From Alphaproteobacteria bacterium (GTDB taxonomy: Bacteria; Pseudomonadota; Alphaproteobacteria; UBA828), in contig CBDEFM010000002.1 in the NCBI GenBank assembly GCA_965237415.1, positions 320,001 to 384,000 of the forward strand: DNA of 64,000 nt. Direction: 5' to 3'. The notes beneath the pieces are model-generated. The model was not told the origin of the DNA. It worked only from the letters and a program-made list of their open reading frames with translations, and ran no database searches. Positions 32,439 to 43,705 of the stretch are shown here, one piece after another. The translations under genes and the position numbers were made by a program. How positions within the stretch are numbered: the first letter of the stretch is position 1; each line of letters opens with the position of its first letter.

Positions 32439-33452
32439 ATGCTGGACAAATTCGAACGCTATCCGCTGACCTTCGGCCCGACGCCCATCGAGAAACTGGA
32501 TCGGCTGTCCGAGCATCTCGGCGGCGCGGTCGAGCTCTATGCCAAGCGTGAGGACTGCAATTCGGGCCTCGCCTTAGGCGGCAACAAGATCCGCAAGCTC
32601 GAATACATCGTCCCGGACGCCATCGCATCGAACGCCGATACGCTCGTCACGATCGGCGGCGTGCAGTCCAACCACACGCGGCAGGTTGCGGCGGTCGCCG
32701 CCAAGCTCGGCATGAAGTGCCGCCTGGTCCAGGAGAGTTGGGTGCCGTTCGAAGACGCTGTCTACGACCGGGTCGGGAACATCCTGATGAGCCGCGTAAT
32801 GGGAGCAGAGATTGAACTGGTCAGCGACGGCTTTGACATTGGCATTCGTGAGAGCTGGGTGCGGGCCATCGAAGACGTGAAGGCGAAGGGAGGGAACCCC
32901 TATCCCATCCCGGCCGGCGCTTCGGTTCACAAGTTCGGCGGTCTGGGCTATGTCGGCTTCGCTGAAGAGCTGCGGGCGCAGGAGCAAGACCTCGGTGTCA
33001 CATTCGATTACATCGTGGTCTGCACCGTCACCGGCTCGACCCACGCCGGCATGCTCGTCGGCTTCGCCGAGGATGGGCGCGCCGACAGAGTCATCGGAAT
33101 CGACGCGTCGGGGACTCCGGCACAGACCCGCGCCCAGGTCATGGATATAGCCCAGAACACGGCGGATCTCGTGGAACTGGGCCGCGCCATTACCGACGAC
33201 GATCTTGTTCTGTTCGAGGACTACGCCTATCCCAACTACGGCGTGCCCTCGGCGGAAACGAACGAGGCGATCCGCCTCGCGGCCCGCTTGGAAGGGATGA
33301 TGACCGATCCCGTCTACGAGGGGAAATCCATGCAGGGGATGATCGACCTCGTGAGGAAGGGCTATTTCCCGGCAGGGTCGCGCGTTCTATACGCCCACCT
33401 GGGTGGCGTGCCGGCCATCAACGCTTACAGCTACATCTATCGCAGCGGCTAG
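32439..33452 (+). CDS. acdS: 1-aminocyclopropane-1-carboxylate deaminase
   Basis: [15 protein letters not shown]; TDPVYEGKS (Glu) and YAHLGG (Leu) distinguish it from D-cysteine desulfhydrase. Confidence 0.95.
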   Translation: MLDKFERYPLTFGPTPIEKLDRLSEHLGGAVELYAKREDCNSGLALGGNKIRKLEYIVPDAIASNADTLVTIGGVQSNHTRQVAAVAAKLGMKCRLVQESWVPFEDAVYDRVGNILMSRVMGAEIELVSDGFDIGIRESWVRAIEDVKAKGGNPYPIPAGASVHKFGGLGYVGFAEELRAQEQDLGVTFDYIVVCTVTGSTHAGMLVGFAEDGRADRVIGIDASGTPAQTRAQVMDIAQNTADLVELGRAITDDDLVLFEDYAYPNYGVPSAETNEAIRLAARLEGMMTDPVYEGKSMQGMIDLVRKGYFPAGSRVLYAHLGGVPAINAYSYIYRSG

Positions 33453-33497
33453 CCGCAAGCGGCAGCGCCGCCGATCGGTCTTATGCAGGAGGGTGTC

Positions 33498-34319
33498 ATG
33501 GCCGCTCAACGCATCGGTGCCTACTTCGAGGTCGCGCCAGGCGTCGACATCTACTACGAGGACGAGGGGGAGGGGCCCCCGCTGGTTCTCATACCCGGCT
33601 GGACTTTCACGACCAGAGTCTTCGACCACCAATTCGCCGCGTTCACAGACTCCTATCGGGTCATCTCGTTCGACCCCCGCAGCCACGGCCGTTCCACCGT
33701 GACCAGCGACGGCAACAACTACGCGACCCAAGCCGCCGATCTGGCCAAGCTTCTCGACCATCTGTCCGTGGAAAATCCGGTCCTCGCGGGCTGGTCCGCA
33801 GGATCGCTGACCGCCTGGCACCACGTCCGCAATCGCGGCACGGACGGAATTCGCGCGCTCGTCTCCATCGACATGCCGCCGCTCGGAATGAGCTACGACC
33901 GGAGCGATTGGGTCGAGGGGGCGATTCCCGATCTCGCCGGGTTCTTCCAGGGCGTCCAGACCGCGCAGGGGCAGCGCGGCGTCGTTATCTGGTACGCGGA
34001 CAACGTCATGATCGAAGGGGAGATGACGCCCGAGGTGACGGCGTGGGTGGTCGAGCAGTCGCTCGCGACGCCGCCGATCATCGCCGCCAATCTGATCGCC
34101 GACGTGTGTTTCGCCAACTACCTCGAAGAAGCGAAGCAGGTGGACGCGGCTATTCCGTCGCTCTTCTTCGTCGCCGACCATTGGGCGGAGACCGCCAAGC
34201 CCTTCCTGGCCAAGCACTGCCCCAATTCGCGCGTGGAGACGTTCGGCGGCCACATGATGTTTTGGGAGTATCCCGAGCGGTTCAACGGGGTCCTTGCGGA
34301 GTTCCTTTCCGCGCTCTGA
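33498..34319 (+). CDS. Alpha/beta hydrolase
   Basis: IPGW, DPRSHGRS, GWSAG nucleophile elbow, GHMMFWEYPERFN. Confidence 0.85.
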   Translation: MAAQRIGAYFEVAPGVDIYYEDEGEGPPLVLIPGWTFTTRVFDHQFAAFTDSYRVISFDPRSHGRSTVTSDGNNYATQAADLAKLLDHLSVENPVLAGWSAGSLTAWHHVRNRGTDGIRALVSIDMPPLGMSYDRSDWVEGAIPDLAGFFQGVQTAQGQRGVVIWYADNVMIEGEMTPEVTAWVVEQSLATPPIIAANLIADVCFANYLEEAKQVDAAIPSLFFVADHWAETAKPFLAKHCPNSRVETFGGHMMFWEYPERFNGVLAEFLSAL

Positions 34320-34394
34320 CTCGATCGGGTTGTCCGTTCAGCAGGCGGAGCTGGTGCTGGCGGCGGCGTACTTTCTCAAATGCGCTGTCCTCGA

Positions 34395-34826
34395 TTAACC
34401 CTCGACGATGGTGACGTTGGATATCCAGCGCTGCTTGCGCCGGTCCAGCCGTCCGGGGACATCCTCGGCCTCGTAATCCGCGATGGGGACAGACGCCCGG
34501 TCCACGGCGAGCGGCGGCGAAAGCAGGTTCGCGTTCAGGACCGCGTAGAGGCGCCCCTCCATCTCGCATACGGCTGCGGCCTCCACGCCGCAGCGGGTGC
34601 AGATGAGAAATGTCGCGGTCTTGTGGCCGAAGGCATAGCGGCTCACGCGGTCGGGCTCGGCCAACGTGATCGTGAGGCGGCCGGACGGCGCGGAGACGTA
34701 GAGACTGCCATGCTTCTGACAGAAGCTGCAGCCGCAGTGGCGCGGGGAAAGCGCGGCATCGTCCTCTACCTCGAGCGCGACGCCGATCGCGCCGCAATGG
34801 CAGGCACCTTCGAGACTCTTCGTCAC
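34395..34826 (-). CDS. GFA/CENP-V family protein
   Basis: GACHCG, CGCSFCQKHG, CTRCG; GTG start after GAGGAG. Confidence 0.85.
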   Translation of the reverse strand: MTKSLEGACHCGAIGVALEVEDDAALSPRHCGCSFCQKHGSLYVSAPSGRLTITLAEPDRVSRYAFGHKTATFLICTRCGVEAAAVCEMEGRLYAVLNANLLSPPLAVDRASVPIADYEAEDVPGRLDRRKQRWISNVTIVEG

Positions 34827-34840
34827 CAGCACGTCTCCTC

Positions 34841-35111
34841 TAGCCCGCATTTCTCACCAGGGTCATGGTCTGCGCGGCGCTTCCAGGCCGACAGAGCAGG
34901 AAAGCCGCGTCGCGCGATGTGGTGCAACGGGCAAGCGGCTTGACGCACGGTGTCGGCCTGAAGACGCCGCCCTTCGGGTCGCGCCCAGGCGCCCGCCCGC
35001 GTCGCGCGTCCACGCGTGCGGAGCGCACGATGCGAGCCTCAACCGTAGACCGGGCTACGCTTCTCGGCCCGCTCCTGGCGGATCGAATGTCTGGGCGCGA
35101 CGCAGATCGTG
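34841..35111. mobile_element. Second copy of the ERIC/RPE-like MITE, right TIR truncated
   Basis: Colinear with 15963-16231; similarity stops at CGCAGATCGTG. Confidence 0.8.
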
Positions 35112-35329
35112 TAAAGTTCGTCGCGTATATCACGAGCGCAGTTGGGTATGCTGTGGTGCAATAATGTACTGATATTACTATCATAATTGCTCTCATCGCC
35201 ACGAGAAACCTCTTGCGTCGAAGACACGAGTCCGCTTGAACGAGCCCTGGTTCGAGTACAGTCGTATGCAGATTGATTACATATTTGCGCCGCATGTTGG
35301 ACACGGAACAGAGCCGCCGGAAGGGTGCC

Positions 35330-35787
35330 ATACCGAAGAGCAGCGGCTTCGATATCTCCAAGCGCAGCGTCGACGCCCTCTGCGTGGAGAGCAAGGATGC
35401 CGTCGTCTGGGACCGCGATCTGCGCGGTTTCCGGTGCGGGTCCATCGCACGGGGCGGAAGACCTACGTCGTCCAAACGCGCGGACCGAACGGTCTGAAGC
35501 GTGTGACCATCGGCCGGCACGGCGACACCGCGGCCGAGCAGGCCCGCAAGGAGGCGGCGGCGATCATCGACCGCATCAAGCGCGGCATGGATCCGGTCCC
35601 TTCGGCGCCGGTGCCCGAGCTCACGGTGGCGGACTTGGCGGAGCGCTGCATGAGCGCGCATGCGGAGGTGAACTGCCGTCCGAAGACCGCAGAGCTCTAT
35701 CGTCACGCGATCTACTCCTACATCGTCCGAGCTCGGCTCTCTTGCCATCGGCACGATGGACCGCGCGCAGGTCACAGCCCTGCTTGA
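35330..35787 (+). pseudogene. Tyrosine integrase remnant (arm-binding domain and start of core)
   Basis: ISKRSVDAL...WDRDLRGF, frameshift, then VRV...RVTIGRHG...QARKEA...TVADLAER; ATA in place of a start codon; no catalytic domain. Confidence 0.8.
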
Positions 35788-35968
35788 CCCACCTTAATCG
35801 AGCTGTCGGTGCCGCGCTTGATCTGCAGGTGCCCGTCGATCGGGTGATACTACTCTTGCTGCAAACAGTTAGATTGAAATTATCGGTCAATATGACCTGA
35901 GATGCCGCCGAGTTTCTCCCCCAAACAGAATATGGGCAGAATCTGGCCCCCGGTGGTCGAGAAAGCCC

Positions 35969-36810
35969 ATGACCATGAGCAATAAGTTAGCGCGTATTTT
36001 GAGGAGAGATAGCCGCACATGTGGCATTCATCTCGGCGGATGCGGCAAAACAATTGACAAGAAGAAACAAGGCGACGTTAATCATATAAAAGGCTTATCC
36101 CCTTGGCTCCGGGAGCGCATGATGTTGCGTGCCTTCCCACTGCTGGCAGGCCCGGATAAGGCACGGGCTGCACTGTGATTTTCTGAGTCCGCCGGCTGAA
36201 ACCGTTGCATTGCGTAGGTCAATTTCTAGACGAACCGGAAGCAAGGGGATAAGCCTTTCATATAATTCCTCAATCCTTCTTCCGGTAGAGAGAATCAAAC
36301 TTAGGGCGGCTTCGTTACAATGGAGATTGGAACTTCCAGCCTGCACACAAACAGTGCAATCGCGCGCGCAAGGGCCAGATTTGGGGATTTCCTTTGTTTC
36401 GTTGTAGATGCCATTGCATTCAAATTGAGAGGAAGAGTTCAGGAGCGTTCTGTCAATATGTTTATTTTCGGAAAGAACAATCTGTCTTGGCCCAAGAATT
36501 TCTGTTGGTTTCGAATTGTGCGTTTGTTGCCGCTTCACCGCCGGGGATGGATATTACTTTCGTCGGCAGTATGGGCATCGCTAAACGCGGCACAATAGGA
36601 CCCGGATGCGAGGGGCATTTCTTTCCACGACTATCGCCAAGCGAGGTCCAGGAATTCAATAGACTCGAATTCGAGCGCATCATGAAGAGTCCAAATAATC
36701 CTCCAGGACATTCGTCAATAATTGAAAAGTACAACTCAAGAATGATGAAGATGTGGATCAGTCGCGAAACGCTGGATCCAAATTCCAGCGATGGAGATAA
36801 TGAAAGATAG
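35969..36810 (+). pseudogene. HNH endonuclease interrupted by a MITE and a nonsense codon
   Basis: Removing the MITE restores RRDSRTCGIHLGGCG...VNHIIPQSFFR*...WNFQPAHKQCNRARKG in one frame. Confidence 0.8.
36090..36257. mobile_element. 168-bp MITE, IS1595-family (ISSod11-like ends)
   Basis: TIR AAGGCTTATCCCCTTG; 8-bp TSD TCATATAA at 36082-36089 and 36258-36265. Confidence 0.9.
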
Positions 36811-37301
36811 ATATACATCGGAACAAGCGACGGCAGATGGATTGCGGTGACTGATCGAATTCTCGGAAGAGCGGCAGCAAGTCGTGTGGTTGATAGGTGG
36901 AGGAGCGGCCGCTAGCCATGGACTTTGCGGCGGAGACCTAGTCAGCAGGGTGGAGCTGCGTGGGATCAGCCCCGGAGAGAGCGAGATTACTGAGCAGCAG
37001 GGAAGGCATTTTCTAAGGGGCATGGAGGTGGCGGAAGTCGCGGCTGCAACAGTACAGACAAGCTAGCTGGCGGAGAGTGCCGACACGATCTTTTGGCCGA
37101 ATAGAAAGGATGTCCGCAAGCTGTGGGCAACGCGAACCTACAGCCCACTGACAGTTCATGGAAATCTTTGATGGACAATATAGCGCCCTGCGCGGCAGGT
37201 ACTTAGGCCTAAGCACGTCGTCAACAGGCCTGTTCTAGCGCTTGCGTATGTAAGCCTATACCTGTCGACTGAGAACGATATCGGTACGCCGGTACTATGC
37301 C

Positions 37302-37341
37302 TAACCTGAAGGTCGCAGGTTAAAACTCTGCCCCCGCAACC
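37302..37341 (+). other. Degenerate 3' half of initiator tRNA-Met, att-like scar
   Basis: TAACCTGAAGGTCGCAGGTTAAAACTCTGCCCCCGCAACC versus typical TAACCTGAAGGTCGCAGGTTCAAATCCTGCCCCCGCAACCA; no 5' half. Confidence 0.75.
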
Positions 37342-37422
37342 GCTCAACCACCCGGAAACATTGAAGTTTCCGGAGTTTTCGATTCCCATTCTGGCATACC
37401 AAAACGAACTGTCAACACAGAG

Positions 37423-38841
37423 TGTCGCTAGCACATGATGTGTCCGGTTTAGGTAGCACACGAGTTGTCCGGTTTGGTGTCTCCGTGGGGAGGGACCGCG
37501 ATGAGCCGGACGACGTTGCTACAGGAACGCAGGATGCAGACGTTTCAGAATGTGCTGGGGCACTGGCAGGCACGACGCCTGTCTGCGCTGGAGGCGGCGG
37601 AGATGCTGGGGATGAGCGAGCGGAGCTTCCGCCGCTACCGGCGCCGCTACGAGGACGATGGCCTCGACGGATTGTTCGACCGAAGGCTCGACAAGGCGTC
37701 CGCGCGCCGCGTGCCGGCCGACCGGATCGAATGGGTGCTCGAGCAGTACCGAACCCGCCATACGGGCTGGACGGTCAAGCACTTCCACGACCATCTCTGC
37801 GCCCACCATGGCTTCGCCTGGAGCTACACCTGGACCAAGACCACCTTGCAGCGCGCAGGCCTGGTGTCCAAGGCACCCAGGCGCGGCGCCCACCGTCGCC
37901 GGCGCCCGCGCAAGCCCTGCGTCGGCATGAGGCGCGGCGCTGCGTCCATCAGGACGGCTCACGCCATGAGTGGCTGGCCGGCCAGGCGGCGTGCGACCTG
38001 ATCGTCACCATGGACGACGCCACCTCAGAGATCTATTCGGCCTTCCTGGTCGAGGAGGAAGGCACCGCGTCCACCTTCCGGGCGCTGAAGCAGGTGTTCA
38101 CCGACAAGGGGATGCCCAGCAGCCTCTACACCGACCGTGGCAGCCACTACTTCCACACCCCCGAGGCAGGCGGCAAGGTCGCCAAGGATCAACACACCCA
38201 GGTCGGCCGCGCCCTCCATCAGCTCGGCATCGAGCACATCGCTGCCTATTCGCCCGAGGCCCGCGGCCGCTCCGAGCGCGCCTTCGGCACCCTCCAGGAC
38301 CGCCTCGTCAAGGAACTGGCGCTGGCGGGGATCGCGACGGTCAAAGCCGCCGACCGCTTCATCGCAGACACCTACCTGCCCGACCACAATCGCCGCTTCG
38401 CCACCCCGCCCGAACTCGAAGACAGCGCCTTCGTGCCCCTCGAACACCCCGGCCAGATCGACGACATCCTCTGTCGCCGCACAGACCGCACGGTCGCCCG
38501 CGACAACACCGTGCGCTACGAAAGGCGCGTCCTCCAGATCCCCGCTACCCCGGCCAGACACCACTACGTCAAGGCCACGGTCCGGGTCCATGAGTATCCG
38601 GACGGAACCCTCGCCCTCTTCCACGGGCCCCGATGCCTCGCCCGCTACACCGCCAACGGCGAGCCCATCGAAACCCCAACCCGGCAGGCCGCGTGAGACG
38701 CTTCGACGCGACCGGCCGGCGCCCTGTGGACAAGTGGACAGCCGCTCCGCGCCTGACCACTTGTCCACAGGGCAAACCGCAACAACAGAAGCGGACATAT
38801 GATGTGCTACGAAAACCGGACAAATACACTTGCTAGCGACA
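37423..38841 (+). mobile_element. IS1202/ISNCY-type IS, copy 1
   Basis: TGTCGCTAGCA TIRs with repeated TGTCCG subsites; 7-bp TSD CACAGAG. Confidence 0.9.
37501..38696 (+). pseudogene. Frameshifted DDE transposase of copy 1
   Basis: Net 11-bp insertion near 37930-37945 relative to copy 2. Confidence 0.8.
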
Positions 38842-39231
38842 CACAGAGTCGGCACATGTATGCCGGCCATGAGCTGGGGAAATCAAGATGGCGGCAGCGG
38901 TTCGAGGTGTCCTTCCCGTATCGGGGAGCGGAATTGTTCCTCAATCCGGCCGCCACGGCCGAGGCGTCGACCAGATGGCCGAGTTCCATGTTCCGGACCT
39001 GTGTCGGCTCGGTGAAGTTGGCGTAGGCGGTGGCGGGCATTGACATTGCCGGCCCGAGAGCACATGTAGCCCCTGTAAATCATTTTCCGGGCCCGCGACG
39101 CAACGCGTTTGCGCCGCTTCAGACCCGGAAACAAGCAACCTCACCCGTTCCGGCTGCTCCCGCGGCTGGCATATGCGCCCGAGACCAGCCGTCCCGACGA
39201 TACGGACCGCGCCGGGCAGTCAAGGATCAAT

Positions 39232-40470
39232 GTGACCAAGAAACTGTTTTCCGAACTCGGCCTGGCCGAGACCCTGCAACGCGCGCTGGCCGAGCGCGAA
39301 CACACAACACCGACGCCGATCCAGGCGCAGGCCATCCCGGAGGTTATGGCCGGGCGAGACGTTCTCGCCATCGCCCAGACCGGCACCGGCAAGACGGCGG
39401 CCTTCGCGTTGCCGATCCTGCACCGGCTCGCCGGCGCGAATAGCGGCGGTCGCGGTCGCGCACCGCGCGCCCTCGTCCTCGCGCCGACGCGGGAACTGGC
39501 GATCCAGATCGCCGACGAGTTCCGCGCCTATGGCACCCATCTGCAGCTACGGCTTGCCGTCATCTATGGCGGCGTCGGCCAGAGGCCCCAGGTCGATGCG
39601 CTGGTGCGAGGCGTCGACATCCTCGTCGCCACGCCCGGGCGCCTGCTGGACCTGATGGGACAGCGCCGGGTCAACCTCCACCGGGTCGAGCATCTCGTCC
39701 TCGACGAGGCGGACCGCATGCTCGACATGGGCTTCGTTCGCGATGTGCGCCGCATCCTCGCGGCCCTGCCGGCGGCGCGGCAGTCGTTGCTGTTCTCGGC
39801 CACCATGCCGCGCGATGTGGCGCGTCTGGCGAGCGACTTCCTTCGCGATCCCGTCCGGGTCGCGGTGACGCCGCAGGCGACGCCGGTGGAGCGGATCCAG
39901 CAATGCGTCTTCCACGTCTCGTCCGAGGGCAAGCGGCGCCTGCTGGCCGATATCCTGGATGACCCGGCGCTCTCGCGGGTGCTGGTCTTCGCCCGCACCA
40001 AGCATCGCGCCAACCGGGTGGCGGCCCAGCTGGAGAAGGGCGGTGTCGCCGCCGAGGCGATGCACGGCAACAAGTCCCAGGGCGCTCGGCAGCGGGCCCT
40101 CGAACGTTTCCGGCGGGGCGAGGCCCGCGTCCTGGTCGCGACCGATATCGCGGCGCGCGGCATCGACGTCGACGATATCAGCCACGTCATCAACTACGAG
40201 CTGCCGAACGTTCCGGAAAGCTATGTCCACCGCATCGGGCGCACGGCGCGGGCCGGCGCCGACGGCATCGCCTATTCGTTCTGCGATGCGGGCGAGCGGG
40301 AGTCGCTCGGCCAGATCGAGCGTCTGATCCGGCAACGGCTGACCGTGATCGGGGACGACCCCGCCCCGGCACCCTTCCGCGCCGCGCGAGGTCGCCCGCG
40401 GCGGAAGGGTGCCGGAAACGGCCGCAAGCGCGGAACCCCGAGCCTCGCCGAGGCACGGCCGGCTCACTAA
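39232..40470 (+). CDS. rhlE: DEAD-box RNA helicase, RhlE-like
   Basis: Q motif, [29 protein letters not shown]. Confidence 0.9.
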   Translation: MTKKLFSELGLAETLQRALAEREHTTPTPIQAQAIPEVMAGRDVLAIAQTGTGKTAAFALPILHRLAGANSGGRGRAPRALVLAPTRELAIQIADEFRAYGTHLQLRLAVIYGGVGQRPQVDALVRGVDILVATPGRLLDLMGQRRVNLHRVEHLVLDEADRMLDMGFVRDVRRILAALPAARQSLLFSATMPRDVARLASDFLRDPVRVAVTPQATPVERIQQCVFHVSSEGKRRLLADILDDPALSRVLVFARTKHRANRVAAQLEKGGVAAEAMHGNKSQGARQRALERFRRGEARVLVATDIAARGIDVDDISHVINYELPNVPESYVHRIGRTARAGADGIAYSFCDAGERESLGQIERLIRQRLTVIGDDPAPAPFRAARGRPRRKGAGNGRKRGTPSLAEARPAH

Positions 40471-41105
40471 CCCGAGATTTTTCCGGTTACGCCATTCGTG
40501 AAGAGTGCGCTGACACCCGCCCGCGGCAGCGGTTCGGCGGTGGCCAGCCCCGTCTAGCCGAGGTCTCACGACGTGTGAACGCCGCCACGGAAGAAGTTCC
40601 TACGCGCGCGAATGGCCGATCGTGAAGTCGTTGCCGCCGTGACGACCGGTGCCGCGCGCGAGCCAGATCGGGCGCTCGGCGACGTTGGCGCACCGGGGAT
40701 GAATTGGCTATGGCATGAAGGGGCTGAACGATTGGCTCAGGCTCTCGCAGGTTGCCCCGCCGTCGGACAAGCGCGATACGGCTTTGAGGCTTTGCTAAAC
40801 GTCAGAACCGGCCTTCTTGGCGCTAGGGTTCACAGCGACGGAGCTTGAGAAATTGGGGCATAGCCTGGAGTTCGTAAAACGGAGCCCGAGCGGCGGACGT
40901 CAACAAGGCGGAGACCACTGCCGGCGGGAAGGTGCCGAACGTCATCCAGCTGCAACCGGTTTTCGGCGAACCGCCACCCGCCGGGGCCGGCACGGGAACC
41001 GGAGTCGCTACGTCGCAAGGTCGGGACCATGAAAACGGAATGATAAGTTATGGGCTTGACACGGGATAGGTGAGTGATTACATTGGGTTCATAGGGAGAC
41101 ACACC

Positions 41106-41981
41106 ATGAACCTGATCACCATCTTCCGCCGCTTCCCCGATCAACAGTCCTGCATAGCGCACCTTGAAGCCGTCCGCTGGGGCGACGATCCGCATTGCCC
41201 GAAGTGCGGAAGCGTCAAGGTGGCTCGGAAGTGCGACGGCAACCGCGTGGGCCGCTGGAACTGCCACGGATGCCATGCGAGCTACAACGTCCTGTCTGGC
41301 ACGATCTTCGAAAAGACGCGCATTCCCTTGCAGAAATGGTTCCTCGGTATTGGCCTGATGGTCAATGCCAAAAAGAGCCTGTCGAGCTACCAGCTCACAC
41401 GGGATTGCGATCTGACACAGCCGACCGCGCTCTACATGCAGCAGCGCATCCGAGCCGCGATGGCTGCCGACCAAGCAGACCTGCTGCATGGCATCGTCGA
41501 AATAGACGAGACCTATGTTGGCGGGAAGCCCCGGAAGCGTAACCGCCGCGACGATGACGAGCCCCGCCCGCGCGGCCGTGACACCAAGAAGATGCCGGTT
41601 GTCGGCGCGGTAGAGCGCGGCGGTCAGGTTTCCGCCCGTGTGGCCGATGACCTGACCGGCAAGGGCATCCTGCGGTTCATCAAGGAAACCGTTGATCCGA
41701 GCGGCTCTCTGCTGATCACCGACGAATACGCCGCCTACAACGGGGTTCGGCAGCATATGAACCATGCCGTCATTAACCACTCCGTCGCCTATTCGGACGG
41801 CGCGACGCACACCAATACGATCGAGGGCTTTTGGGCGCTGCTCAAGCGGGCATGGTACGGCTCACACCATCACTACAGTCGGAAGCTGGCACCGCTTTTC
41901 ATCGCCGAGTCGGCTTGGAAGTACAACCACCGTGACGACGAAAACGCCTTCGCCTTGTTCCTGCGGGGAGCGATGGTATGA
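41106..41981 (+). CDS. IS1595-family transposase
   Basis: CPKC...CHGC Zn ribbon, EIDETYVGGK, LITDE, HTNTIEGFW. Confidence 0.93.
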   Translation: MNLITIFRRFPDQQSCIAHLEAVRWGDDPHCPKCGSVKVARKCDGNRVGRWNCHGCHASYNVLSGTIFEKTRIPLQKWFLGIGLMVNAKKSLSSYQLTRDCDLTQPTALYMQQRIRAAMAADQADLLHGIVEIDETYVGGKPRKRNRRDDDEPRPRGRDTKKMPVVGAVERGGQVSARVADDLTGKGILRFIKETVDPSGSLLITDEYAAYNGVRQHMNHAVINHSVAYSDGATHTNTIEGFWALLKRAWYGSHHHYSRKLAPLFIAESAWKYNHRDDENAFALFLRGAMV

Positions 41982-43600
41982 ACCGGCTCTATTTCGGAGA
42001 TTGCTTGACCATTATGGAAGAAATTCCGCTTGGCAGCGTGGATCTGATTTATCTGGACCCGCCGTTCAACTCTAATCGGGATTACAACGCGATTTACAAG
42101 GATGAGACCGGGCGCCCTCTACCCGATCAGATCGAGGCGTTCGGCGATATGTGGGTGCTAGACGAATCGCGCGAGCGCGAACTCCGCACCATGCCAGTCT
42201 TGATGCGCGAAGCGGGAATCGACGACGATTCGGTAGAGTTTTGGCGCCTATGGATGAACGCGCTCCGCAAGACCAATCCGAACCTGCTGGCCTACCTGTC
42301 CTACATGACGCAACGGCTTCTTCCGATGCGTGGCATCCTGAAACCGACCGGCTCGATCTACCTGCACTGCGACCCGACTGCGAGCCACTACATCAAGGTC
42401 ATGATGGACGCAATTTTCGGACATGAAAATTTCCGAAACGAAATTGTCTGGAAGAGAACCTCTACCCATAGCGATAGCAAGACGTGGAGTCGCGTTTCTG
42501 ACTCCATACTTTTCTATTCGAAGGGCAAGCGGTTTATCTGGAACACTCCCCGAGACCCTCACTCAGAGGAATACGTCGCCAGCAAATACAGACACGAAGA
42601 TGGGGATGGTCGGCTCTATCGTCTAGACAACATGACCAGTCCAAATCCAAGACCAAACATGATGTACGAATGGAGGGGGTTTCCGTTCCCTGCAAAGGGT
42701 TGGCGCTATTCAGAAGACAGAATGGCGGAGCTGGATACAGAAGGTCGCATCTGGTATCCGACATTCAAAGGCGGTGGACATGACACCTCTCGGCGCCCGC
42801 AGTTGAAGCGGTATCTGGACGAAATGAAGGGGGGAGTCATGGGAAATGTCTGGTCCGATATCTCTCCCATAAATAGTCAGGCCAAGGAACGGCTGATGTA
42901 TGCGACCCAGAAACCTATTCCTCTTTTAGAGCGGATCATTGGGGCCAGCAGCAATCCTGGAGACATGGTTTTCGATCCGTTTTGCGGGTGTGCAACCACG
43001 TTGGAAGCAGCTCACCTTATGGGCCGCCAGTGGATTGGGATCGACATAGCCATTCACGCCGTCAAGCGTGTGGCCAGTATCCGACTGCGGGACCGCCTTG
43101 GCCTAAAGGAGGGCGAGGATTTCGAGATTGACGGTGTTCCACGCAATTTGGAAGGCGCTCGCGATCTTTGGATCAAGGACAAGTACCATTTCCAGCGATG
43201 GGCCGTAGAGCAGGTAGATGGCTTCGTGACAACCAAGCGCACCGCCGATGGCGGGATCGACGGGCGGCTCTATTTCGGCCTGCCGGATGCTCGCGACCTG
43301 TCGAGCATGGCAATCGAAGTGAAGGGTGGTAAGAACGTCGGGATCAAGGAAGTGCGCGAGCTTCGCGGCGTTCTCGACAACGATCAGGCCGTAACGGCTG
43401 GGCTAATCGTCCTAGACCCCTTCGGTCCGACCAAGGAGCGGAATATCCGTCGCTTCATGGCCCAAGCCGGCGACATGGATGTGATGGGCGTCAAGTATCC
43501 CCGTATGCAGGTGCTGACCGTCGCGGACATTCTTGAAGGCAAGCGGTTCCATACGCCAGGCGTTGCGGGACGAGGGCTCAAGCAACCCGCCTTGCTATAA
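41978..43600 (+). CDS. Beta-class amino-DNA methyltransferase fused to an Mrr-like PD-(D/E)xK nuclease domain
   Basis: DPPF (motif IV) precedes TQKP and DPFCGCAT (motif I); C-terminal DGGIDG...IEVKGG. Confidence 0.85.
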   Translation: MNRLYFGDCLTIMEEIPLGSVDLIYLDPPFNSNRDYNAIYKDETGRPLPDQIEAFGDMWVLDESRERELRTMPVLMREAGIDDDSVEFWRLWMNALRKTNPNLLAYLSYMTQRLLPMRGILKPTGSIYLHCDPTASHYIKVMMDAIFGHENFRNEIVWKRTSTHSDSKTWSRVSDSILFYSKGKRFIWNTPRDPHSEEYVASKYRHEDGDGRLYRLDNMTSPNPRPNMMYEWRGFPFPAKGWRYSEDRMAELDTEGRIWYPTFKGGGHDTSRRPQLKRYLDEMKGGVMGNVWSDISPINSQAKERLMYATQKPIPLLERIIGASSNPGDMVFDPFCGCATTLEAAHLMGRQWIGIDIAIHAVKRVASIRLRDRLGLKEGEDFEIDGVPRNLEGARDLWIKDKYHFQRWAVEQVDGFVTTKRTADGGIDGRLYFGLPDARDLSSMAIEVKGGKNVGIKEVRELRGVLDNDQAVTAGLIVLDPFGPTKERNIRRFMAQAGDMDVMGVKYPRMQVLTVADILEGKRFHTPGVAGRGLKQPALL

Positions 43601-43705
43601 GTCAGCCCCAAGCCCATAAATTATCATTCCCCTTGAATGACGCGCGATCGAGCCCCGCGAATGGACTCGGCCATTTCGACGCTGCGGGGGCGATGGTCCG
43701 GCGCC

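Larger units (their letters stand above)
41037..43630 (+). mobile_element. IS1595-family element with a passenger gene
   Basis: 22-bp TIR GGAATGATAA(G/T)TTATGGGCTTG with 1 mismatch encloses both ORFs; no TSD seen. Confidence 0.88.

Noticed and set aside
35095-35190. dif/XerCD site at the island edge
   Set aside because: Only a partial XerD-like arm (TCGTGTAAAGT); no XerC arm at the right spacing.
36286-36288. Recoded TAG (pyrrolysine or readthrough) in the HNH gene
   Set aside because: The gene is already broken by a MITE and no recoding machinery is present; simple decay is more likely.
36800-37066. CDS downstream of the HNH gene (MKDRYTSEQ...)
   Set aside because: Early in-frame TGA and no family recognised; probably a pseudogene.
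37280-37345. Functional tRNA-Met gene
   Set aside because: No 5' half or D-arm, and the anticodon and T-loop are degenerate.
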